A DNA stretch of 64,000 nucleotides from Phoronis australis (lineage: Eukaryota; Animalia; Phoronida): contig NMRA01000041.1 of NCBI GenBank assembly GCA_002633005.1, positions 1,121,294-1,185,293 of the forward strand, given 5' to 3'. Below, one piece after another: positions 50,388 to 64,000 of this stretch (within the stretch, counting starts at the first letter, position 1; every line of letters begins with the position of its first letter). The position numbers and the translations under genes are program-made. The notes under the pieces were generated by a model. It had not been told where the DNA came from and searched no databases. It saw only the letters and a program-made list of their open reading frames with translations.

Positions 50388-53300
50388 CGCCACAGGTCGC
50401 CGAACACTTGAATGAGACTTGGTATGTTTCCAGTACCTTGCGCATTCATTTTCGTTTTCAAAAGAGGCAAGACTCCGTACCGCAGCTTATGAGAGCGCGT
50501 GGATACGTGAAGTTTGCTGCACCTTCTGGGCAATAATAGCACTGATCCCCGAGACACCGCTATTCCATTTTTATTTGAATCTCGGCGATAACTTTCATGA
50601 ACATCCAGAAAAACAAAAGCACGCAGTCTTTGGTGTCACCTATGAAGATTCTGGTGATCTGCCCATGTTTTCCAACTCCAGCCCAGCCTGGTAGACGAGT
50701 GCCGTTGCTTGTATAAGGATGACAAGGCCACGCCCATCAAGTATTTCTCTTTTTCAAAAAATGACTGCTTTTATTATTGCCGAAATGGACATTTCACAAT
50801 GGAATAAAATTGAAAAAAACTGCTGCACTATAGTTTTAGATATGAAAATGATATAACTGAGTGGGCCCATCAAGTGCTCCAGTGAATCAAGTCCATTTTC
50901 TGATAAATGAAGCATGCACGACGTACTTTTACGTGCGCATAAATACGTAATGAACGGATTACAACGACGTTACATGAATTCATTCTTATCATAGCTTCTC
51001 AGAGTATATCCTTCTGGATGGCAGACGCTATCCTGTGACCATCAATACAATTAGGTTGAAATCCTCGTAAAATAGACAATACCACAAACGTTGAAATTTG
51101 AAAACCATTTGTCAGCGGGATCACTACGTTGAGCGTAACCATGGTAACTCTTACTTGTGAATTTAAATGCACGTCATGACTGTGGTGCCCGATCATCAGT
51201 AATTACGGCGATAAAGTGATTTTCGGATTCAGTTATTTATAATTATCCAGGTTGCTTAGCAAACAAGATGATCATGTTACCTTGAAAGGCGATTCCATAT
51301 TTTGCATCTTCCTTAGACACACACTTGATCAAGGCCATGAACACACCGCATCGTGTAATCGTCTTATATTATTTCGTGTCTTGCGTATTAACAATTTCAC
51401 AAGCCAGTCCAATATTCACGTCGTACAGCATTGTCAGTAGTAATATCGAACAGGTCTCGACACTGAACTTGACTAGGCTTTATTTCTCCTGCTTCGCCCT
51501 TTCTCGAAAATTGTCTAGTTGCCAAACTATTTGCTTTTTACCGGACTCGCAAAATGTTGCGTATTTCCACGAGATGTTATTTGACAGATCTAAGTGAGTC
51601 GGCCTGTGGTCGAGACAGTCTTGCTACGTGGTGACTGCGAGTGCATATGTCCTTGTAGAGCCGAATAGCAGACGACACACCGTGATATTCGGGAAAACAC
51701 TCAATCGAAACTAACTTCACGTAAATGCACGTTATGACACCCCAGAGAATATTTTTCGTCGATAAGTAGTCGAAATTCCATGGTTAGACCAAGAAAATCG
51801 ATCATTCATTGTAGTCCTACGAACAAAACTTGAAGATAACTCGACTACAGATCAGTAACAACCGAGTTTGTGTCCCCACTGGTCCAATACTACCACAAAG
51901 GAACACCCCTACTGGGAACAGTTAGCGGTTTTGAATCAATATATAAATTCGTTACAAGCAATTATCTCAGAAACAAGATTAAGTGGATAAGATAAATAAT
52001 CGCGAATGAAGACATTAAAGGCACGACAACACCGCGTTGAGATGCATGCAAGAGTTTAAAAAATGAACAGGCGCCCTGTCTGCCCTTAAACGAGTAAATA
52101 ACATTGATATGCAAAAGGCTAGTATTCTGGGCAACCACAAAGGGCGAGAGCAGAAACTAATATAACCTGGTCAGAAATCACATCATTGGTAAGAAGTCTG
52201 ACTTGGGGTCGGCTCAAGATTATTCACTTGTGATTTTTTCAGATGGCGGATCAGATTTCGATCTGCATTTTGATCGGACGGCACAAACGCTGCGTTAGAC
52301 AAGCTCCTGCAGTCTTCTCAGCAAAATTAATAGATGTAAAATAGTACGCAAGCGAGTCAAAGTGTATGTTTACGCGAGTTAAAAGGGCATGTTTTGTGGG
52401 TCTAAACAAAAATGTTTCGTGGTCTAACCTTGAGGAACAGAAATGCAGGCTAGCTATTCCCGTTTTGTAAGGTGTGCACGGACAGGTATAATTAGTAATT
52501 TGGGAAAACGAATTTGTTCCTTCAAATGCAACAATTGAACATGGTATCTGAGAAGCATATCTACTCTGCATTCACATTTTAAACGGAGACACAGGAATAA
52601 TTCAAATAAATAAATACCGCATGGGCTATTCGATTTTCCTGTTTTACAAAATCTCTGCCGTTTCGAACATTAATGCAGATTATAACCTCGGGTGGCAGTC
52701 GCATGACCACACCTGTTGTAAAAACTACAAAAAATAACTTAACTCGTCTTCTATTTCACAAGCAAATACTGCATGGCTTCTATTCATAGACACTGTGCAT
52801 GATTCTGGCTCTCGTGCGTACATACATTGCGTAGCCGTCAAACGTGAAGTCCTGTGCAGTTTCAAGTCAGGTCTTTCTAAATTGATTAGTATCGTCTTCA
52901 AGTTATATGTAATACTACCTAAGCAGGATGCAGGCAAACACGGATGAGCCACTAATTTGCTAATTCCAGACGTCGGAAGTAGGCCTACAAAGAGGTTTTC
53001 GTTAAGAACCGACAGAAACTGTGGTATTTTTCATACTTCAGGGCAGGCGATGATGAACAGAAAGTGAACCCTTAAAAGATACCCTTGCCTATGCGTTTAC
53101 CAATTTAGAACACATGATTACTTTCGTCAGTCGAATGATGTCACTAAAATATATACATTTGGTAACTTTCAGCCCTTATCGTGTTTGCCTGACTACTATT
53201 ATTTTTTTATCTATTTTAAAGTGAGCGGGGTTTCAGTGGAAGTCTCATTACAAATGGCGGCAGTTGAATGAGTACCCATGATGTGCGACTCAGCTGCCAC

Positions 53301-53545
53301 TCACTATACGGCGGTCATTTAAGGTGGTGGTGCACCACCAAAAAATTCATATTAAATTCCGTAAGTTCGAAAACATTTGAAGTTGTTGAATTAACAATAG
53401 TTGGACTAGCTTAGACTAAACTAATTGGCGTTCAAACCCGTTTCATGAAGTTTCTAAATAAATTGGAGCGACAAGAGCATCTTTGAATAAACAAGTTCTG
53501 TACTGGCAAGACATCACGCCAGTCCTCTTCTAAGCTTTACCTCAG

Positions 53546-53787
53546 GGGCCCGTTCCAAGAAACTGACTTAAGTTCATTATTGACTTAAGTCTAAGATTTG
53601 TCTTAACTTCCAAACTTTGAAACTTCCATATCTGGTAAAGTCATCAAAATTAAGCCAAAACGTACGTCAAACACTTAAATCAAGCTTAACATCTTGAAAT
53701 GATTTTGAGACAAATTGAACTTTTATTTTAAAAGTTAGTAAAATTTAGGAATTGTCTTAGCTAAGTCAGTTTTGTTGGAACGGGCCC
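53546..53787. mobile_element. Harbinger-like MITE
   Basis: TIRs GGGCCCGTTCCAAGAAACTGACTTA and TAAGTCAGTTTTGTTGGAACGGGCCC, with CAG/AAG flanks. Confidence 0.7.
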
Positions 53788-56700
53788 AAGGTCTTTTTGT
53801 CGGCGTACTAATTTCTTTCCCCAAGTTGTGTTTTACAAATTTTATCCACAGTCGCCAAATTTCAATAAAGCGCGATCTAAACGTAGTCTATTGCAGGCGT
53901 TTCATAAGGTTTTTATTCTATGACCAAAGCCAGTTTTCATTATTGAACAGATAGAATTTCTTCCTGATGAAACAAACAACAGTATGTTATAATCCTACGA
54001 GCTACACATAAATGAATGTCAGTCAGTGTAAGCTGGTTTAATTAAACTCGCTACTTTGAAAAAAAACACAAGAGTAAGTAGGCCTAAATTGTGTCCACCC
54101 ACGAGTTTCATTGTCGTAGATATTGCCGCTCTTTCCCGTCGAACACCACTCATGATCAGATTTTGACTGAGCAAGATAAAAACACCTACTGAGTTTAATA
54201 AAGCCCTCGAATCAATGCCGCGCGTTCACAGACGTAACTCCAGATAGTCTTATTACAAATGTTTAGGATACGCATTCATTAAATTGGTTATGAAGGTGGC
54301 CGTTGAGTGTGAGTAGGCTTAAGTCTCGTTGGAATGTTCCCTCTCTGTCAATAACGCACCAACGAATTCGTAATCACGTTCTCATGTTCGCCGACAGATC
54401 TACAACCAGTATACCGACCCTTGGTAAAAAGGATCCAGCCATATATAAGTGTAAATTTTACAGAGACCTAACACTTCAAGCATTATTACGAAACACGTGT
54501 CTTGTATAATTTTCTCGAGACAAACTTTATTGGATAAATTTCAACCTCCATTTTAAACATTAATTAACTTCCATTAAAATAAAGACATAAAATTATAATT
54601 ATAAATTTTATGAGAGTGTTGTCACGTGATCTCATCTTACGCCACAAGACAAAAATGGAGTCGAGGGGTAGACGTCGGCTGTAGAACTACACCGTGGGAC
54701 GGCGCAACAGTCGCAACAGTCGTTACATTCATCTGAAAGCTGAGTTCTTCATTTTCGAGCTCGTTGTGAGAAATAGCCAATGACGGGATTGTTACATCCA
54801 CGCATGACCCATACTCGTCCAATGACCATCGCACTCGCAACGTGATTCGTGTTTACCGGGACAATCCATAAGTGTTTTTATTTTTAGCACCTCGGTGTCG
54901 CAACTTCACCTCATAGATTAACTATTTGCGAAACAGTCTCCCTTATAGCTTGAAACCAAAACAATCGGGGCTTAAAAAGATGAATGTCCTCGCTGATGGC
55001 ATAGAAATCATACGAATAAGTGGCTTTTTATAAAGGACCCATTGTAAATCATCAAATTTGTAAGCACTTCCCGTAGTTTGACTTTAGCGAGGACTATTAG
55101 TTCATTCACGAAAGCTGAGTAGAAAAACAATAAATATGTCAACTATTTCTGGGCGTGAAATGTATGTTAATTTTGACAGTTATATCCTTTAATTTGTCGT
55201 GTATTGTTATTGTGACACACTTGTAGCAAATGCGCCGTTAGAACATGATTCGGAGCCGTACTCTAAACGCTTATGGGGTGACCCTTCTTCAAGGTATATA
55301 CATGTAATAGAAATTGTCAGAGCCGCCAAAACGCATTTTTACCAGCTGCAAGCACTGGATTTTAAAGTGGTTTAAGTAAAATTCGAAGGTATAGCAATCT
55401 TTTGTCGTGAATACCGCTTTTATTTTCTGTTTCCAAAAGAGCTTAAAGGAAATACACGACTTTCCTTGTGAAAGCAAGCCTATTTTTTCTGACGGATGTC
55501 GTATTACAAGTATTCCTTCAGAGAGATATTTCCAATATTTGACTGACGACTCAACTTAAGCTGCAAACATTGATAAATATTCAACAGACAAAGAAAAAAT
55601 TGAGCATGATCGATTATTATTGACTAGCATACATACCAATGAGCAAGGCAATAGTTTACAGCAACCAGTCAATAACAAGGCCCAGAAAACGTACGTCTTA
55701 TTGAATTAGCCTATGTGGTAATCTAAATACACAACACGCCTGTGTGCAATTCAATTTTGTTAGGTGTTGAAGTGAAGTAATATAAAGTAACGTGACAATA
55801 TATCGGCTTTGCATTTTAAACCGATTTCAATTCTGGATAGAAACAAAAAGACGCTGCTTCGACATTAGCCTAGGTTACCAGTAATGCACGTACGTTATCG
55901 AACTGACTCGCAAGTTTGTAAATCAAATTTTGATATCGACTCGGATTTGTCATCTGGGAATGGCGTGTGTGACACTTTATAAGTCTTCATTTAGAGTACT
56001 GATGACAGATTCCTATGCTTATTATATATGACAGCGCTAGTTGATAAGCTGCATATACATGTATCTATAGCCACTGAGCTGACTCTCCGCAAGAACCTGT
56101 TTGCAACGTAAGCAGCGATTCTTCTGTTGAAATCTAAACAAGATGAGAGCTACATATGCAGCCCCACTAAGCACATCCCGAAATTCAGACTCAAGACCGG
56201 GAGACAAGAAAACGTATATAGGACAGCCGTGGCGGTGCACTGAAAACGGGGGATGCCTTTCAGCGTTCAGCTATCCCGGAACAACTCGGGTATTTTCGTA
56301 GCCTCAAATTTCCCCTCAGTGGTGAACGATATCACGAATGTGTTCAGCTCAAAAATAACACCTCATCCGGCTTTAACGTCTTATCGACTGGCGACGGTAG
56401 TCACACCTGCGCCCGGTGTCTAATCTGTGCACCCGGAAGTCGACTCGAAGATAAACAATTTGCCGTAGCAGCATGCCCTCGCACTCTCTAACAATAACCG
56501 TAGAAAAATTTAAGCGGTGTCCCCAAGGAAATTCTGAAATATTGCCAATCGAAAGCAAAAGACCTCAACGTGTTTGTGGAAAATTGAAAACCTAGTGAAA
56601 ACGGGAATATTGCCTAGTTTCAATCCCAAACAATTCAAAATCAACCACAAAGGCAAGAAAACAAAGACGTAGCAACTTCAAAACATACAATACCACTAGA

Positions 56701-58899
56701 ATGGCAGTGAGCAAAACAAGCTCGGAATCTCGAAATAGGACCACTTCTGAAGTTTGGCATTAAAGTATAACGGGTATCCGTGCTGTAGGTAAATGAGTCG
56801 CTGGGCAATTTCTAATTGGACTCTGTCACGCGGCAGCCTTTCATGCCCAACAGAACATGAAAAGTAAATGTGCTACGCGGGGTGTGCATTAAAAATAATA
56901 ATAATTCCCGACTGATATTGTTGTCTGCGCCCACGACTGAGTGGCAATCGTAAAAATATTCTTGCTGAACCCTAACGTTATTCAATCCATCTCAATGAAG
57001 AATATTCGAAAATGATAGAGCAATGGTTTATTTACGCCGTTACACTTAGACAAGCCTATAAAGTCTTCCCATTCCTTGTATTGTAGATGACATTACCACA
57101 TAAGCAAATTATTTCTGTCGGGCAAATAGGGTAGAATGGATTATGAATGCAAGAATACAATTATACGACGGATAAAGCATCGACAGCGATGAAGGTCACT
57201 GTACACAACGACGACGATGATGACGATGTTGATGGTGGTGACGTTGCGGATGGGACTGGTGACTTTGTCGAGGGTGACAATAATGACGACAGTGACCGAT
57301 GGTGACCGATGGCTGGTGAAGGTAGCCACATGCTGATGCTTATGATAATAATGATGACGAAAGCAGTGGACGATTACGGTCACTGATGATAATGGTTACG
57401 GCGCCGAAAACAACTACGTTTCAACTGACATACTGGCACATAGCAATAGTTGAAGTGAAGACCATGTTGAGCTGTATATACTTCTAATGAGCTTACATGA
57501 AGAGTTTTATCGGTAATTGGCAAGGTTTGTTTATGAATAATTTATGAAAATGTTATTATATTTGCTGGTTATCCAAACTTCTGCTACATTTAATTGCGGT
57601 CGATTTATCGTTTAAAATACAAAGGAATCCATTTTGTAAATTAACCGCTGAACTTTGGCGTGAACACTCCATTTTCAGGGGATGAAAACAACCCCATGAT
57701 GGCCGCTCTAAATCCCAGCTTCGATCCATTAAACCTTCAGTCACAGACGGGCAAACATCAGACCTATGGTACAGAATTCTAATAGCTTCTCCCCTATACT
57801 CCACACACACGACGAAAATGTTCTATACTCTGTGACCCGGCAAACTCCGCATCGGCAATCAAATTCTATATGCGGCCGAGCACCAACGGATGAGCAATCT
57901 AGCTCCGGGTATTGAGTTTGGTCATCGGGTATGTATGGTTTCCAGTTCGTGTGTGGACCTTAGAGGCGCGTATATCCAATTTGTACCACAGGTTTGGAGT
58001 TTGCTGCTCCGGTACTGGGGTTTGGGAGATAGTACGTGGATTTTAGAGGCGAGATCATTGAATCGTTTCCACCGCCTGATTTCACAAGTGTTAAATTTAG
58101 AATACAACTCAGACCCGCCGACTGAGATCCTAGTTCGGATTCAATTTAAACCGCGCATTATTCTAATTTAGATAGATTCTTCTACAAAGCTGCAAATGGG
58201 AAATGATTGATCACTGTGCGACTTGCGTGAGTTGTAGATTCTTTTCCAAAGCAATCGTTCGAACACAAAATTAAGCGTTCCACTGCACACTGTCAGGTTT
58301 AAAAGATGCATAGTTTAAAGGAACATTCTCTGAAGCTCGAGGAGTGAGACCAATACAAATCATGCCAGTGAGGCTGCGGGATGGTAACCTCCTGCGACGC
58401 TATGGGTTTAGTCCCTGGACGTGGTCAAGTCTAAATACAAAATCCAACCAGTTAAAGGAACTCTTTTCGTTCATTTCTCACGACCTGTGCATTCAATTCA
58501 CCAGACTAGGCCGTTGGTGACAAAATTCCTTGTCATGTTGTCAAAGACGAACTTAAATTTCATCCCATCAGGTGTGAAGCAAGGAACCTCATCATAAACG
58601 TTTGCATTCAGGTAAATCACGCTAATCCCTTGTCATACGAACTCCTTGCGCTGCTCTCAAATGCAAATGCCAGAAAGGGGACGTTTATTTAATAGCAACA
58701 CTTAGTGAATATCGAATCGCTCATTAGTTTCTACCATGAAAATGAATTGATAGATGACACGGCACGGCTACGAATGAGTTCTCCACACAGTAGGGTCACG
58801 GTATCCAGCCACCATATCACCTTTTTGTTTGTTGGTGCCCGCATGATCTCTTCATGAATCATCGAAACATTTATAACCGTATAATACCGGCCTCCCGTT

Positions 58900-59030
58900 C
58901 AGTAACGCTAGGACCTCGCTAAAAAGCAAGACTTCGCGAGATTACGTGAGATATTGCCGTGCATTTTAAATAACAACACGTGACTTTGACTAGGATTTAG
59001 CTAGGTCCTAGCCTCGTAGGTCCTAGCGTC
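58900..59030. repeat. Short dispersed repeat with inverted ends, related to ~41200-41290
   Basis: Inverted ends ACGCTAGGACCT/AGGTCCTAGCGT. Core CGTGAGATAT.GCCGTGCATTTT is shared with 41241-41264. Confidence 0.55.
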
Positions 59031-61049
59031 TACTGAACGCACGCCAGGCTTTGTCGGAGCAGGCGCGGTATCATTTAGCTGCACGTTAGGTAAGAATGGA
59101 GTGTACAGTGAATGCTCGCCCGAACGTGTGGCAAGTATACAAGTCGATGACGCAACATACTTTGTTTTGATATTGCTATTCGTTGCTCCTGAGTGCTCAA
59201 TAAACATTTTCAATATTTTAGCTCATAAAAGATACACTAACCGACATTGCGATCAAAGCAAATCCTTGTTAAGCAAGTGTCTACAACGTCTAATGCAATA
59301 TATGTAGTAGATATTTCAGAGCCAAGAATAGGCGACACCAGGGGAATGTAGATTTGCTTTCGTCAACTGTAGAGGAACATAATCAGAGCACACATCGCTA
59401 TCATCAATATTATGGTCGAGTCTTCATTATCAAAATTAACGTCTTCGATGTCATCGTCATACGCTGCACCCGCAGAACAATCGTCATACTCTCACCATCG
59501 TCGTCATTGACATCCTTACCACCACCACTACCATCATCACGATCGTGTTCTAAGTTCCGTCATTGCAGTCTTAATCACTGTAATCTTCAATTCCTCCAAG
59601 AAGAATTACTGGTTATTAATCATTTTCAAGCCTGTATCATCATTTTAACTGCACGCACCATCAAGGAGTTACTCGATTACGAATTTGACAGGGAGGTGAA
59701 GTTGCATACATATATTAAGATTTACAGGAAATATCGCTAAGTTTCGACTATTCCCCAAGTGATTTTTGTACTCCAAATCGGAAAGGCACAATATCATAGG
59801 GAATGTTGTAAGAAAAGAGAACCTTTCATAGGGGAAATGTTCGGGAAAAGTTATTTGTCTCAGTGAGAAGCATGTCCTGTAATCTCTCTTCTTAGGGAAT
59901 ACCCCCGGAACTACGACATCGAAGTGGTCCCACGTAGGAAAATCGAGTACTAAGCCTTATACTTAGACATTTCATAAAACTAAGCATGAGCAGTTTTGTA
60001 CACGGTGATCCGTGAGGAAACCATGGGCGTTCAAATTGCTCCTACGTATCAACAGGACGTACCCGGACGAGACATGGATTATTATGGAGGATTGAAGGAA
60101 AGCACTACTTGCATTAACAATCATAATGCTAACTCAGATTGTCTGTGAAATCCTTGACTGTAGTTAGTATCCACCCACTATGACCTCCTAAAAGATTGTT
60201 GAAGGCTTTTGCGAAACTTTCGCCATATATGTAAACAATGTGCCAGGTCAATCTTAATCAACTGGGCGACAGCCTATAGAATTGGATATGTTACATTTGT
60301 ATGTTTACTCGGCGAAATAACGCATCGACCTTACTAAGTTTTCTCCGTTCTATTGGCGCTCAAATCCGATATGCTTTATGAAGCAAGTCATCCGGTAATA
60401 ACGCTAAATCTCACACACTTATGGACGTAAAGCAGATTTTGTGTTATGAACATCTAAGATCTTCGTTTTTACTCCACCGAGAACTACGTCAGTCTACGTG
60501 CAAAAGAGATAACCGTACCCTTTGGAATCGTACTATTCATGGATTAAGCAGGGTAATAATTTTACAGAAATAGAAGTGACCAAGCAATATACTTGTATTA
60601 AGAGTGTCTAACGCATGAATCTAGGCAAGTGTGAAGGATCTGCGCAGATAACCAAGCGATTTTTCCACGACGCCACATCTTATACTTATTGAATAAGAAA
60701 CTCAAATCACCAAACCTATCTCGGTAGTATTCACCCCGCACAGCGCGAACGAGTGAATTTGTAGTTTTTGCATTGAATCTATAGAAATATGAAAATGTAG
60801 ATTTTCTCATCTTGTATAACAAAATCAAGATTAATATCGAGACTGTGACAATGGGCTGCATTAGCTCATCAGATGACCGGAGTCGACCAATAGGAAAGTT
60901 GAAAACCTCCCTTTTCAGTTTTGTGCGATTCGTACGTTTATTTCTCAAATGAGGGATAAATAGATTATCGCATGTCCTCGGCAGTTATTTCCCGCATATA
61001 AAATTCCTCGTGGGACTTGGAGGAATCACCTGAGGGGCTGTGAAAAAAT

Positions 61050-61277
61050 ATAATTATTGACTTTCACCAAGATCAATATCGGTTGGTTTTCAGACCCCAA
61101 AAATATAACCGAGGCGGAGCCAAGGTCATTATCACATTTTTGGGTCTGAAAACCAGCATACTGACCGAATGTGAAGGTCACTAATTGTATCATAAGTCTG
61201 TATGATGACAACCAGCATACCGACGGAATGTGAAGGTCACTAATTGTATCACGAGTCTGTACGATGACAACCAGCAA
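61050..61277. repeat. Palindromic non-autonomous element plus 59-bp tandem duplication
   Basis: Inverted TGGTTTTCAGACCC/GGGTCTGAAAACCA around ACCGAGGCGGAGCCAAGGT. AACCAGCA recurs at 61151, 61210 and 61269 (period 59). Confidence 0.6.
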
Positions 61278-62244
61278 GTGAAACAAGGAGGGTATGTTTG
61301 AGCTTTCCATCGTTTGTCGATCGCTCACGTCAATCAGCAGCCATTTTTTCCGAATTGTTGCCAAGACATTTGGAAAAAACTTCCAGAAGACGCTCCACAG
61401 AATGGACAAAGAAACAATCGATTATGCTTTGCGGTCATGTAAGGGTCAAATTTAATGTAAAACAATCGACAGAAGTAATTCAGTTATATCAATATGATGG
61501 TAAGCTCCGTGTCAACATGCAAAACAGTGTACCCGTAAATGATCTACAATGCACGTCAGTGGACATTTTAAGCCTTTGAAAACACGTTTTATTAGCGTGA
61601 TAGTGCGAAATTTCTTAAGGCAGGTTTACATTCACGTGGACCTGAGGCCTACTCTATTTACACGAAAACAACCTCGAAATTAGGCTTAACATTTTCCGTA
61701 CTACTTAAGTACAAATTCGAGTGTATTATCGTTTACGTTGATGACGGTGAAATCCTGTTTGCATTTCAGATCACTCGGGCATTGAAACTACAAGTTCCGA
61801 GTCTGAATTCGAAATATCGAGACTTTTACTCGATACTTCTAGTTTTCACTCGAGTTTGTAGCTCGAATCTAGCGGTCATCAAGTTCAAATTGTAATCCAT
61901 AATAATAATAATAATAGATAATTACCTTGAGTTCATATTGACGGAGAACATGAAATGTCGAAAAATACGAGTTCGAGTAAAAATGACGTCTCATGAATAC
62001 GGAACATGAAAATTGCATCTTAAAAGAAAACAAAGAAGGAGTATTAATGAATTATCAAATGCGATACATTCCCAAACCGTACTATTTCACAACGCGACAG
62101 AAAAGTTAATTCGCTGCGCCTCACCGGAACCAAGCGTTTAGTCGGGTGGAAACTATATGTAGTAGGCTATATAATATGTCCATGGCGGTCTTCAATAAAT
62201 AGACATATGCACGTCAGTTCCCCTTCATTAGCAGGCATTCCAAG

Positions 62245-62400
62245 GAGTGAACTTTCTGAGTAGTGAACCTTCGGAGTTGTGAACATTCGGAGTTGTGAAC
62301 ATTTGGTGTGATGAACCTTCGGAGTTGTGAACATTCGGAGTTGTGAACATCGGTGTGGTGAACCTTCGGAGTTGTGAACATTCGGTGTAGTGAACCTTCG
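62245..62400. repeat. 16-bp minisatellite (TTCGGAGTTGTGAACA variants)
   Basis: About 10 contiguous units without spacers, with a higher-order pattern of about three units. Confidence 0.85.
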
Positions 62401-64000
62401 CACCCCAAAAGACAATGCAAACATAACCCTTGAGAACGAAATAGAAATAAATGATTTCAGGAAATCCATCGTGAAACTGGAACAACTATTATTGAATAGT
62501 GCTCCGCTCCGCGGCCATATCATGGATAAAAGGCGTTTACAGTGTGTTTAGCTTGTAAGTACACGGTGCCCAAAAATGTATTCGCATTTCAAATGATGAT
62601 AACTGCGTTGTTGATGGACTTAGCAGGATCACTTGTTCAAAGTCACATGATGGAAAGGAAGCAAGTCTAAAAACCAAAATAAATGCTCAGTAACTTGGGA
62701 TGAAGTCGAATTCAATGATAAATTCTCGTTTTCCAAAACTGAATGACCCGTTTGCCATTCTCGCATATACGTGTACAAATCACGTGACGGCGCACAGTCT
62801 GATCCATGGCAACCGAATTTGAACCCTTGGCTTTGTGCGGAAGAGTGAGTACATTTTTGGAGCAACCTGCATATAATGGACGACGAATAGTTTATGCTGC
62901 TGCGAAAAATGTGATCTTAAACATCAGTATTTCAAAGTTTATTACAGTTACTACGAATATCACGCTCGAGTTGTATGAATAATATCTACAATTAATTTGC
63001 ATGCTTCATCACGGCAAATAATGCCATGTAGGCCACAATGACTGTTGTCAGATTTTCTGGGCGAAACACAACTGTCCTAGCAAAAAGTATCCGTACTAAT
63101 TATGTTTTACTATTTTAACGTAAGTTTCATGCCCGTGAATGGTCCTATCCAATGTAACAATCATGATGGAACATTCTTTTATCTACAGCACGCCGGTGCA
63201 TATCCGACTGTCTCTTAATTGTGCGTAATTATCAGTTTATGCCAAAGGCCATGCTGGCCTATATTGCCTTACAGGCTGCACGCTGAACTCGTTAGTACGT
63301 GCACGCATATATGTACCAGTATAGAACGTTTGCTAGTGCCTGTGTGTACAGGAAAACCACGATAATCAATCATGAGCAAAGCAGTATAATTTCCATGTCA
63401 AACAAGAGTGGAATTTCCAGAACCATCCGGTGGTTATGTGATTCTACAAAGTACTTGCATAGCACTTCAATGAAGATTCAGAAGCAAAATAAAGATGTTT
63501 TAACCACCGTTTTTATCGCAATCAATATCGTAATGTTATATGATCACAAGTTTCACCGCGAATTGAAGTTTAATCATATTTTCACTAGGTTTTGTTGGGC
63601 GACATCAGTTTTCAGAAGGCTTCAGATTTATACCAACCCCTGAGGAATAGTCTGAATTCGTTATGTTCGCCAAATGTTTTCACACAAGAGAGATGAATAC
63701 GTCGATAATTACCAAAGAAAAACACAAATCACCAAAATACAGGCATCAAATGAAGCAAGGAAAGTGCGTTCCATATTCACCGATGTGTCGCTGACCTTGC
63801 CCTCATTATTCAATGCCGCGTTATTGCATACAGTGTATTGTCGACATCGTTAACTGTTCTAGTTTCTGTGGAAATTTTAACGCCAGTCTCGGTAAGCTTT
63901 ACTGGACCTTCATAAATGTTCTTCCAATTTCACGAATGGGTTATTGATTTGTTGCTTAGTATTAAAATGTCCACACAAAAAAATAATAAATTTTTTTCAA

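Noticed and set aside
49988-50557. Pro/Ser/Leu-rich ORFs
   Set aside because: Translation of a GA-rich tract across an N gap.
57141-59740. Hydrophobic or His/Ser-rich ORFs at 57141-57383 and 59354-59740
   Set aside because: They derive from degenerate GAT/CAT trinucleotide microsatellites.
62245-62400. Repeat array that might be taken for CRISPR
   Set aside because: Units are contiguous 16-mers with no unique spacers, there are no cas genes, and the context is eukaryotic.

Overview
AT-rich, intron-containing animal DNA, most likely from a non-chordate marine bilaterian invertebrate (inferred from the luqin/RYamide-type receptor and the repeat families). It is not prokaryotic. Four protein-coding genes are supported. 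(1) A two-coding-exon luqin/RYamide-type neuropeptide GPCR on + (3453-4187, 6048-6527). (2, 3) Two tandem, strongly diverged otopetrin-family (proton channel fold) genes on -, each with two coding exons that match the N- and C-terminal 6-TM halves (A: 18534-17593 + 12200-11550; B: 29425-28538 + 28003-27146). (4) The last coding exon of a TASK-type (KCNK3/KCNK9-like) two-pore K+ channel on - (34539-33713); its first coding exon is not visible in the remaining ~29 kb. The best candidate for an undescribed system is the co-oriented cluster of an acid-sensitive TASK channel and two atypical otopetrins. Both otopetrins replace the conserved TM12 His (FYRxH to FYRFY), and B also replaces the conserved TM6 Glu. 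The rest is non-coding, with PIF/Harbinger elements and MITEs, possible piggyBac remnants, tRNA-derived SINE-like heads, a perfect hairpin insertion with a 12-bp flanking duplication, mini/microsatellites and assembly gaps.
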